The notes beneath the pieces were generated by a model. It worked only from the letters and a program-made list of their open reading frames with translations. It did no database searches and was not told where the DNA came from. From NCBI GenBank assembly GCA_001771735.1, contig MEUM01000082.1, positions 1 through 25,668 on the forward strand: a stretch of 25,668 bases of DNA. The letters run 5' to 3'. Both the position numbers and the translations under genes were made by a program. Below, one piece after another: positions 1-8,444 of the stretch. Source of the stretch: a candidate division WOR-3 bacterium RBG_13_43_14 (lineage in GTDB: Bacteria; Hydrothermota; Tepidihabitantia; SM23-42). Numbering within the stretch: position 1 is the stretch's first letter; every line of letters begins with the position of its first letter.

Positions 1-258
1 CTTTTGCTCTATCAAAATTTTTATGAGGATAGCTCAGGCAGAAAAACAGAATGGTGGTCATGGAATTCATGGAATTTGCATATTCCTGACTCCGTTTTCA
101 TCATACCAAGGGAATTAACAGTAATCCGTAAGAATAAGGCATTTTATGATACTCTTTTTCCTCCAGGGCCTGAGATTATATATAAGAAGTATGCGATACT
201 TCCGATAAGCACATGGTGGTTTTTTTTAAAAATGCATCTGAAAAGACTATTTTTTTAA
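1..258 (+). CDS. 3' end of a hypothetical protein (open from the window edge)
   Basis: Frame 1 is open from position 1 to TAA at 256-258. No recognisable motif. Convergent with the kinase-helicase gene. Confidence 0.4.
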   Translation, partial: LLLYQNFYEDSSGRKTEWWSWNSWNLHIPDSVFIIPRELTVIRKNKAFYDTLFPPGPEIIYKKYAILPISTWWFFLKMHLKRLFF

Positions 259-357
259 CTCACAACTTTGGCGGGCATATTGACCTTAAATACAATTACG
301 TGTATGCTAATGGTATGTTACCGGTGTGGTTTTACGCGCCAGAGATCTGTCAGTTTA

Positions 358-435
358 GGAATTTTCCGCCCTCTGCCAGAGGCAGACAAGATAGGCGGGT
401 CAGCTTCATTTAAATCATAATAAAGGGGGCTGAAG
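358..435 (+). repeat. Double-hairpin intergenic repeat, copy 1 (both loops expanded)
   Basis: GGAATTTTCCGCC..ATAGGCGGGTCAGCTT..GGCTGAAG matches the reverse complement of 23613-23654 and also 11314-11350, with extra sequence in both loops. Followed by GGCGTTTATTTTT, so it could also terminate + strand transcription. Confidence 0.7.
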
Positions 436-445
436 GCGTTTATTT

Positions 446-2980
446 TTACGTCTGTTTGAACATATCGATCAGGAAACGGGATGGTTTTTGTGACCGCCCA
501 TATCTCCATTTCGGGTATAACAAATATAGTTTTTTCTGGGCGCGGGTGAGACCAACATAGCATATCCTTCTCTCTTCTTCGAGTTCTTTTTGGGCGGACA
601 ATTTCTTGGTAAGAGGGAAGATCTCTTCGACCATATCAACCATGAAAACAACCGGAAATTCAAGTCCCTTGGCGCTATGTATGGTCATAAGCTTAACCGT
701 ATCTTTTCCCCAGTCGACCAGATCAAGCTCCTGGACCAGGCGGATTTCGCTCATGAAATTACTTAACCCGGGCTGGTCATGGCTGCGCGCCAGCGCCTGC
801 AATTCATTTATATTTTCACCCTTGAGGCCAAAGGTATTAATGCATTCATTAACTATATTCAGTGGTTTTAATAAACGCCCTTCACTGATCTGATGAGCAA
901 GGATCTCGCGTGCTTTATCCTCGTTCTTCTTGCTTATATTGAACAGGGTAAGAGCGCGGGCAATAAACTCCAGGCGGTATTCAGTGGTTATAGGTTTTTT
1001 ATTGATATAATAATCCAGCAATTCCAGATACTCAATAACTGGTTTTATATCCAATCTTTCAAAAAACGATGCGCCGCCGATCAATGCATGGGGAATGCGT
1101 TCTTTCATAAGTTTTTCCTCATATAATCGTGAAAGCGAATTCATCCGGTATAGTATAGCAAAGTCCTGGAACCGGTAATGGTCATGCTTGAGCGCTTTAA
1201 TTTCCTTTATTATATACTCAGCTTCCTCTTCTTCCGAAGATGCGGCATAGAGCACAATGTCGGCATTGTCTGAATTGGGGATAGTGGTGGGTTTGCGTAG
1301 CATCAGATTGTTGGCCAGATCTACGATCTGCTGGGGCAGGCGGAAGCTCCGTGAAAGCTGGAAGATCTTCACTTTTGGAAAATCCTTCGGTACCTGATAG
1401 ATCAGATCACGGTCGGCTCCACGCCATCCGTATATCGCCTGGTCAATATCACCGGTGAAGAAGAAGTTATCCCGGATCAACAGCGATATCAATCGATATT
1501 GTGCCGGGTTGATATCCTGCAATTCATCAACAAATATGTAATCGAATGACTGTTGATAATGGTCCCGAAGATCAGTTTCATAATTCAGCAATCGGAGCGG
1601 GAAAAAGATTAGGTCATTGTAATCAAGGTAGTTATTCGTTTTTAGGTGGGTTTGGTATGTTGAATAAGCTTCCTGACAAAATGCCTCCCATTTGCTCTGT
1701 GGTTTTATGTCCTGAACCTGCATGCCCTGGGATTTGAATAGTTCGATCTGCTTCAATACGGCCCGGCTCCGGTATTTCCCGGTCTTGATCCCGGTCCGGT
1801 TGAACTCATCGACCGGAACAACAACCGTGAAATTTTCATCAATATCAAGTCGCTCAGCATCACGCCTGAGTATGTTAAGCCCAAGGGCGTGGAAAGTGCC
1901 AAGCCATAGTTCATGCAGCGGATAAGAAGTGATCTTCTGCAAGCGCATTTTGATATCATTGGCGGCTTTGTTGGTAAAAGTGCATACTAGTATCCGGGAG
2001 GCAATTTTTCCCTGGTCCAGCAATTTTTTTAGTGCAAAAGTCAGGGTACTGGTTTTGCCGCAGCCCGCCTGGCCAAGCACCAGGATCGGCATCCCGGTAT
2101 GATCGATTATCTCTTTTTGATCAGCGGTCAGTTTTATTTCATCAATTTTATGATTGATCGTCGGCAGAGTGGAGGTGACAACAACTGCTTTGTGCCTTTG
2201 TTTTAAATATGCCAGTAATTCTTGAGCTGTTGACCGGGCTCTTGAATCCACGCACAGCATTCGGGCAATGGTTTCTTCGATGATCTCGGGTACATTGGAT
2301 CGTATCATGGAGGGCAGTAAAAAAGAGCCGTTTGCGATCTTGATCTGCAAACGGCTCAGGGCATCATCGAGGAATGGCGGTATACCGGCGATCATTTCAT
2401 ATAATAATATACCAAGACTCCAGATATCCGATTTTTCGGTGAAATTTCCAGACCAGGTTTCCGGTGACATGTATAGTGGTGTGCCGGCAGTTGATGCCGA
2501 TATCGTTCCGGAACGAATAAAACGAGCAAGGCCGAAATCCGCGATCTTGACCGTTTTCTTCCCCTGGTAATCGGTAATAAGCACATTCTCCGGTTTAAGA
2601 TCGCGATGCAATACCTTTTTATCATGGGCATAGGATAGACCGTCGAGCATTTGCATGAGAATAGTTAATACATCATTGCAATCCATACCATCGGCATTGA
2701 TAATATCACGCAAAGTATTCCCTTCCACATATTCAATGACCATGACGAATTTATTCTCAATGAAATCGATGTTATAGAACCTTACTATGTTAGGATGATC
2801 GAGCGAAGCCAGGAGACGGGCTTCATCCCTGAGCATATTGATGTCATCTTTATGCATGCGGGCGATCTTCAGAGCGAACAGTTTGTCAAGAATAGTGTCC
2901 CGGGCGAGAAAAACATCACCAAAAGCGCCGCCGCCGCACCAGCTTATCAGCTCATATTTCCCGAATTTCTTTTGAAGCAC
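446..2980 (-). CDS. Hanks-type Ser/Thr protein kinase fused to a UvrD/PcrA-family (SF1A) helicase, 844 aa
   Basis: Kinase in aa ~9-260: GGGAFG, ALK, HRDLKPEN, DFG, GTPLYMSPE, DIWSLG. Helicase from aa ~282: LTADQ, GQAGCGKT, TFTNKAA, DELQD, GDIDQAIYGWRGA, TIHSAKGLEF, EEERRICYVGLTRA. GTG start, no clear Shine-Dalgarno. Confidence 0.93.
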   Translation of the reverse strand: MLQKKFGKYELISWCGGGAFGDVFLARDTILDKLFALKIARMHKDDINMLRDEARLLASLDHPNIVRFYNIDFIENKFVMVIEYVEGNTLRDIINADGMDCNDVLTILMQMLDGLSYAHDKKVLHRDLKPENVLITDYQGKKTVKIADFGLARFIRSGTISASTAGTPLYMSPETWSGNFTEKSDIWSLGILLYEMIAGIPPFLDDALSRLQIKIANGSFLLPSMIRSNVPEIIEETIARMLCVDSRARSTAQELLAYLKQRHKAVVVTSTLPTINHKIDEIKLTADQKEIIDHTGMPILVLGQAGCGKTSTLTFALKKLLDQGKIASRILVCTFTNKAANDIKMRLQKITSYPLHELWLGTFHALGLNILRRDAERLDIDENFTVVVPVDEFNRTGIKTGKYRSRAVLKQIELFKSQGMQVQDIKPQSKWEAFCQEAYSTYQTHLKTNNYLDYNDLIFFPLRLLNYETDLRDHYQQSFDYIFVDELQDINPAQYRLISLLIRDNFFFTGDIDQAIYGWRGADRDLIYQVPKDFPKVKIFQLSRSFRLPQQIVDLANNLMLRKPTTIPNSDNADIVLYAASSEEEEAEYIIKEIKALKHDHYRFQDFAILYRMNSLSRLYEEKLMKERIPHALIGGASFFERLDIKPVIEYLELLDYYINKKPITTEYRLEFIARALTLFNISKKNEDKAREILAHQISEGRLLKPLNIVNECINTFGLKGENINELQALARSHDQPGLSNFMSEIRLVQELDLVDWGKDTVKLMTIHSAKGLEFPVVFMVDMVEEIFPLTKKLSAQKELEEERRICYVGLTRAQKKLYLLYPKWRYGRSQKPSRFLIDMFKQT

Positions 2981-2983
2981 GAT

Positions 2984-3832
2984 CTATGACGGAAAAGCCG
3001 ATAAATGCAAAAGCACCTTTTTGTCGAAAACCGCCTGACCAGCAAGGTTGCGTTTAGCAAAATGTATCCGTGTATTTTTACCGGATCGTTCCTCTTCGAT
3101 CGCAGCCGAGATACTTTTAACGAAATTTATTATATCCGGATTTTTTAATTCTTTTTTTGTCAATTCACAGGCTTCCATTGCATAACCACGGATAAGCTTG
3201 CGTTCAAATTGGCGGAAAATTGAATTATTGGCAAATAAGTCGCAGCCCAGGATGCGATTACCAGCAACCCCGATGAACCCGATTGCCTTATCATTTAAAG
3301 TGCTGAAATCCTCAAGATAGCGGTTAAGCTCGTCATCAAGCCCTTTATAAATATCGTGCATTGATGAGGTCACGGAATTTATACGGGTTGAAACGATTTT
3401 TTGGGTAATTTCATTCCATATGTCCTGTTGCAGTTCATTGACCGGTCTTTTGGTCAATAGTATTGAACGAAGCCGCGGATAAGAACAGAATCCGGTCGTG
3501 AATCGACCGATTGATTGCCATCGTCCCTCTTCCACACAGACCACGGAAAGGGTTTTTCGGGTTTTGGCCGGAATAAAAGTTGAAGCGCTCACGATGCGGT
3601 TCTGCATAGCACCGGCGATCTCCTCGCCATCGATAATCAGGAGCGGCTGATCGCCGAGATTGTTGAGATCGACTTTGTCGATCACCGGAGTATCAAGTTC
3701 TTCGATCTGAATCTTCTTTTCATCAAGTAATGTGTCGATCGCATGCAAGCGGTATTCAATGGGTTTGTCGGTCAGTAATGGATAAAGCTGGAGATTACGC
3801 AGGAATAACGGATTGTCAGTGCGAAAATCCAT
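2984..3832 (-). CDS. ARPP-1 / DUF6569-like domain protein, 282 aa
   Basis: Motifs PLLIIDGEEIAGAMQNRIV and SVVCVEEGRW match my recollection of the ARPP-1/DUF6569 family. ATG at 3832 overlaps the upstream stop as TGATG, so it is preferred over TTG at 3835. Confidence 0.72.
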   Translation of the reverse strand: MDFRTDNPLFLRNLQLYPLLTDKPIEYRLHAIDTLLDEKKIQIEELDTPVIDKVDLNNLGDQPLLIIDGEEIAGAMQNRIVSASTFIPAKTRKTLSVVCVEEGRWQSIGRFTTGFCSYPRLRSILLTKRPVNELQQDIWNEITQKIVSTRINSVTSSMHDIYKGLDDELNRYLEDFSTLNDKAIGFIGVAGNRILGCDLFANNSIFRQFERKLIRGYAMEACELTKKELKNPDIINFVKSISAAIEEERSGKNTRIHFAKRNLAGQAVFDKKVLLHLSAFPS

Positions 3833-4269
3833 CAATCACCAGGCGAATACTGAGCAACAAAGATCCGTTTCTCCGACCAGTCCGTATACCAGGTCCAGTT
3901 ACGACTATATGCCCGGACCTGCCAGTAATACTTGCCATTCGCACTGACCACAAAAATAAATGTAGTATCTTCGACCCGCTCAGCCTTGCCAGGAAGCTCG
4001 GGGTTATCGTCAATTTTCAACTCATAGTATTGAGTGCCCGGGATTGCGGTCCAGATCATTTCAATATCATTTGGATAAGGATTCCAGCAATCGTATAAAA
4101 AAGCCGCATTGTTCGCCGGAGCGATCAATAAGGCCGCTTCTGGAGGCGGGCCGAGTGAATCGAAAGGTGGTTCATATTCATGCGGATCGCGGCAGCTTGG
4201 AGCGAAAACAATAAATAGTGCAAGCATGATCATTGAACTGAACTGGATGATTCTAAATATTGAGTTCAT
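3832..4269 (-). CDS. Small lipoprotein with an Fn3/Ig-like domain, 145 aa
   Basis: Hydrophobic signal ending in APSC (lipobox-like). Fn3-like pattern LLIAPANN..W..I.G...Y.L..YYWQVRA..W...WS. SD AGAGGT upstream. Confidence 0.75.
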   Translation of the reverse strand: MNSIFRIIQFSSMIMLALFIVFAPSCRDPHEYEPPFDSLGPPPEAALLIAPANNAAFLYDCWNPYPNDIEMIWTAIPGTQYYELKIDDNPELPGKAERVEDTTFIFVVSANGKYYWQVRAYSRNWTWYTDWSEKRIFVAQYSPGD

Positions 4270-4280
4270 TGTTCACCTCT

Positions 4281-6839
4281 TTAAAAAACTATATTAACTC
4301 CTACACGGGCACGGCGCGGTGCAGTGTAGGCATTGACCCAATCATCACTTTCTTTCATCATATCGTAAAAGGCGCGATACTGTTCATAGGGTACAAGCAA
4401 ACCGTCATGGCTCAGATCAGCCTGCGGACTGTAGTAGGCCCGGTCGATCGCGACATATGATGTCTGTTCTTCAAAATCGGTAAGCTTGATATCTTCCAGT
4501 GGCACGAGTGGAAAATGGGAATTAATTTCATTGCGGATGTCAAGCAGGTTTATGATCTCGAAGTTGATGGCGGCCTGTAATCGGCTGATCTTGAATGATT
4601 TAGATAGCACGCAATCGATTTGTTTTTGAACCGGCAGGTATGCATAATTACGTTCTTCATATTTGCCTTCGGGACCGGGCGGTGTATAGGGAAAACCTTC
4701 GCCGAAAAAGGCAAACAGATATAATTTTGTTTGTAGCGGCAATTTGAACATTCCTTGAAAAAACAGCTTGTGTCTCTGGTCAAAATCCAGCGGGTAGTCC
4801 TTTGCTTCCGGGATAAAGGTAGTATCTGGATTGTCCGCGTAATAGCGCCGGTATACTTCTTCGGCATATGAACTTGATCCGCGTGCAAATGATAATGTAT
4901 ATGATATTTTACCGGTATAAAGAGAGTTTGCAAATTCCAGTATTGTTTCAACACCTTTTATATTCGCATATTCAATGTTCCGATATTGAACATAATTATG
5001 AGGTGCCGATAAAACCAGTCTTGTGCCGATAAGATCGGCAACATCTTTGTAAAAACTGTTAAGAGTAGCCGTAAGATTAGGATTGATCGCGCCTTGAAAG
5101 CCGATCTCATAACTAACGGTTTTTTCTGGTTTCAGGTCTGGGTTGCCGACCAGGGGGAGCCAGCCGCCGCTGACCAGATAAGACGGAAACGGATAAAGCC
5201 CGTAATAAACATATTGTTTATCATATAACGGCGGTTGAGCGTAACTACCGACATTAGTGCGGAAAATGAACTTTTCCGTGACCATGAATGATATCCCCAG
5301 GCGCGGCGAGATGACAGTTTTAGGTTCGATATTATTGACGCCCGAGGAAAAATGATCATATCGGCATCCGATCTTTGCATACAGGCCTCGAAAATCAATG
5401 TTGTCCTGTATGTAAACTGAGTACTCGCTGGGTTGATAATTATATTCATCGATCAACTGATTCTGTGAATCACTAACAAAATAGGTGAAATTATTGAAAT
5501 CCATTTGAGCGTATTCGACCCCGGCTTTAAGTTCATGATACCGGTTGAGTTGTGCAATAGTACTAAAATGCGTTTTTAAAACCTGGGATGAATTCTCCCG
5601 GTATTCGGGATAATCACCTTCACAAACAATGTCCTGATGCACTGCGCCGAAAGGATTATCGCTGCCAGCCGCCGGCCAGCGCAGGGTTTCATAATCCTGG
5701 AATTGAAAAGGATTGAAAAATCCATAGCTGCCTGGAACCCTCACTCCATAATTAAGATTCGTGTACAGGCGGTTCAGATTCAAATTAAATAGTTTTCTGG
5801 AATCGGGCAGAAAGCTTAAGCTCAAAATCTGAAGATCGCTCTGGCGGTGGTCAGAACGGTAGTGATCAAGATTATACTTCCATTCCGAATTGTAACGATC
5901 GAACTGGCTGTTTGACATTGCTCCACTAAGCATCAGGTTGAACTTGCCGCTTGGAGCAGCGATCCACTTTCCATAGAATGAATAATCGCTGCGGTTTTTA
6001 TGAGGGAGAATGAATAATTTGGGGTCCCAATCATTGGTCTGCATGAGGTCGATCGAAAAATAGCCTTTATTTTTTTTATTAATCGGTATATGAACTGCGC
6101 CATTGTAATTTTCATAACCGAAATCGAAATAATAGGGCATTATTCTTTCGGTCTTGGTAAAACCCTTTAATTCAATGTTGTCTTTGGGAAAAGCCGTGAT
6201 TACATTGATAACGCCGGACATCGCCCGACCGTATTCAACATCAAACCCGCCCGGCAGGAATATGACCTCATCGATAACACCCTTGGAAATTGCGATCGCA
6301 AGATCACCGGTTTGCGGGTCGATGATCGAAACATTATCGATCATATACTGTACCTCGCTCGAACGGCCACCGCGCACATGTATTCCCGTATCAGTTCGGG
6401 TTACTGCAGGTTGGAAAGCAATCATCTCGATTGCGTAATCGATCGGCAACGTGGTGATTTCAGTGCTCCGTAGAATATAAGTAGTGCCGACCATATCCTT
6501 TTTTACCTGAGGTATTTCACTGGTCACGGTGATCGGCGGCATTTCGATAGTGGTTTGGGTAAGAGTGATATTTAACCTTACGGTTTGATCGATCTCAACC
6601 ACGGCATTTTCGACGCGTTTGGACTGATATCCGATATAGCTTATCTCAATTGTATAACGACCACGCGGGACACTGAGAATGAAAAAATCACCGTTTTCAT
6701 CACTGGCAGTGCCGAGTTCGGTGCCTAATATTTCAATGTTCGCACCGACAATGGATTCTTTGGTTGCTTGATCGCGTACCGTACCTTGAACTTTACCAGT
6801 CGTGCCGTTAATAAGGCACAGGATCAATAGATATGCCAT
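4281..6839 (-). CDS. TonB-dependent receptor with an N-terminal carboxypeptidase-regulatory-like domain, 852 aa
   Basis: Signal peptide, GKVQGTVRDQAT..GANIEI domain, plug motif HVRGGRSSEVQYMIDNV, barrel motif NPDLKPEKTVSYEIG, C-terminal ..RARVGVNIVF. SD AAGGAG. Confidence 0.9.
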   Translation of the reverse strand: MAYLLILCLINGTTGKVQGTVRDQATKESIVGANIEILGTELGTASDENGDFFILSVPRGRYTIEISYIGYQSKRVENAVVEIDQTVRLNITLTQTTIEMPPITVTSEIPQVKKDMVGTTYILRSTEITTLPIDYAIEMIAFQPAVTRTDTGIHVRGGRSSEVQYMIDNVSIIDPQTGDLAIAISKGVIDEVIFLPGGFDVEYGRAMSGVINVITAFPKDNIELKGFTKTERIMPYYFDFGYENYNGAVHIPINKKNKGYFSIDLMQTNDWDPKLFILPHKNRSDYSFYGKWIAAPSGKFNLMLSGAMSNSQFDRYNSEWKYNLDHYRSDHRQSDLQILSLSFLPDSRKLFNLNLNRLYTNLNYGVRVPGSYGFFNPFQFQDYETLRWPAAGSDNPFGAVHQDIVCEGDYPEYRENSSQVLKTHFSTIAQLNRYHELKAGVEYAQMDFNNFTYFVSDSQNQLIDEYNYQPSEYSVYIQDNIDFRGLYAKIGCRYDHFSSGVNNIEPKTVISPRLGISFMVTEKFIFRTNVGSYAQPPLYDKQYVYYGLYPFPSYLVSGGWLPLVGNPDLKPEKTVSYEIGFQGAINPNLTATLNSFYKDVADLIGTRLVLSAPHNYVQYRNIEYANIKGVETILEFANSLYTGKISYTLSFARGSSSYAEEVYRRYYADNPDTTFIPEAKDYPLDFDQRHKLFFQGMFKLPLQTKLYLFAFFGEGFPYTPPGPEGKYEERNYAYLPVQKQIDCVLSKSFKISRLQAAINFEIINLLDIRNEINSHFPLVPLEDIKLTDFEEQTSYVAIDRAYYSPQADLSHDGLLVPYEQYRAFYDMMKESDDWVNAYTAPRRARVGVNIVF

Positions 6840-6895
6840 GTTTGCTCCTTTTTAACTCTGAAAAATCTGAAAGATTATCATGCAATTATTAAAGA

Positions 6896-8353
6896 TCATG
6901 GTGCGAGCCGTATCATTGAGAAATCATAATCAAATAATGTATATGCATATCCGACTGCAGTGTAGCCACCATCATTGGTCTGGATCACATCATATCCATA
7001 ATCATTATGAACTAGATTTGAAACGCGAGCCCACAGCGAATCACCGGTCGCGCTTATTTTGATCAAATATGTATCGTAATACGAGCCACTGAAAGAATTG
7101 CTTGCACCGGTGATAATATATCCGCCATCACTGGTCGGTTTGATCGAATAGGCATAATCCGTACCACTACCACCGTATTCCTCCTGCCAGCTGATATTGC
7201 CACTGGCGTCGGTTTTAACGATATAAACATTATTACCATTATCGCCGGCGATTATATAACCACCGTCACCGCTAATAGCAATATCATTACCACGATCAGC
7301 CGCGCTGGTGCCTAAAGTTTTAGCCCAAAGCGAATCACCATTGGCACCGAGTTTTATCAAATAAATGTCACTGTTTCCGGCACCAAAAGAATAGGTTGTG
7401 CCGGCGATGATGTAGCCACCATCAGAAGTTTGTTCAACACCGTATGCAAAATCACTGTCAATACCACCGATGGTTTTTGTCCAGGTTGTATCACCTGAAG
7501 AATTCAATTTTATGATATATACATCCTGACCGCCGTTGCCGAAAGAATTGGTATAGCCGACAATTATGTATCCACCATCGGAAGTTTGCTCGATGTCCCA
7601 TCCGTATTCATCGTTCAAACCACCACAAGATGTTTGCCAGTCAAGAACTCCATAGTCATTGGTTTTAATGATATAAACATCGCAACCACCGACCCCATAA
7701 CTAAAAGTATAGCCGGTGATCGCGTATCCCCCATCATTCGTTTTGCAGATATCATATGCACCATCATCGACCGGACCACCGAAATAAAGTTGCCAGGCCT
7801 GAGTGCCGTTGGTATCAACGGCAAAAAGATATACATCATAACCACCATTGCCGGCTGAGCGGGAACGGCCGACCGTAATATACCGATGCTGGCTGAGATT
7901 TTCGACAACCGAATAACCGTAATCCTCACGGTCACCGCCAAATGTTTTTTCCCACAGTATTCCCCCTGACAGGACGGTCAAAGTATGAGGATCAGACCAT
8001 TCGGATTCAGCTTCTTTTTGATCGTATGCCTGTGCTCGTATTTCATAAATGCCGGCACTTGAGAAATTATGGGTCAGGGATACTGTTTCCGATGAAGCGA
8101 CATAATAACTCCAGTTGGATATCGCTCCATCACCCCAGTCAAACCGGATCGCGATACTATCATTATCCGGATCCGTTGCCGAACTCGAAAACGAATAATT
8201 ACCTGCGTCGCCGCTTTCTAATCCGCTCGGGATCGATGGTATATCGGGTGCGCTATTGCTCGAACAGGAAATGATCGCCATGATTAATAGGGCATTTATT
8301 ACCGGGAAAATCGTATTTTCAAGAACGGACCGCAATCTTGTCGCATTTATCAC
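6896..8353 (-). CDS. Lipoprotein with a PKD-like domain and ~50-aa beta-propeller repeats, 485 aa
   Basis: Lipobox IISC. PKD-like motif ATDPDND..FDWGDG..HNF..G.Y. Repeated W.KT.GG...D.(G/A)Y...QT.DGGYII.G. GTG start with SD AGGAGG. Confidence 0.85.
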   Translation of the reverse strand: MINATRLRSVLENTIFPVINALLIMAIISCSSNSAPDIPSIPSGLESGDAGNYSFSSSATDPDNDSIAIRFDWGDGAISNWSYYVASSETVSLTHNFSSAGIYEIRAQAYDQKEAESEWSDPHTLTVLSGGILWEKTFGGDREDYGYSVVENLSQHRYITVGRSRSAGNGGYDVYLFAVDTNGTQAWQLYFGGPVDDGAYDICKTNDGGYAITGYTFSYGVGGCDVYIIKTNDYGVLDWQTSCGGLNDEYGWDIEQTSDGGYIIVGYTNSFGNGGQDVYIIKLNSSGDTTWTKTIGGIDSDFAYGVEQTSDGGYIIAGTTYSFGAGNSDIYLIKLGANGDSLWAKTLGTSAADRGNDIAISGDGGYIIAGDNGNNVYIVKTDASGNISWQEEYGGSGTDYAYSIKPTSDGGYIITGASNSFSGSYYDTYLIKISATGDSLWARVSNLVHNDYGYDVIQTNDGGYTAVGYAYTLFDYDFSMIRLAP

Positions 8354-8444
8354 TTAATCCTCCTTTTATCTATATGCCAGTATTAACTATTGCTCCTTGG
8401 GTAATAAAAAAAAATCTTAAAATTTCCTCACATTTTCCATCGAT

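Noticed and set aside
213-413. T8-A5 slippery run (220-232, T TTT TTA) that could shift the 1-258 ORF by -1 into the 66-aa ORF
   Set aside because: The -1 ORF runs into the double-hairpin repeat and has no recognisable domain; T/A runs are common in this genome; no nearby stimulatory structure seen.
8400-8440. A9 run (8406-8414) and tiny upstream ORFs in the leader of the leftward operon
   Set aside because: The run is outside the promoter spacer and coding sequence; the 7-codon uORF ATG (8440) lies upstream of the expected start site; no hairpin precedes the U run.
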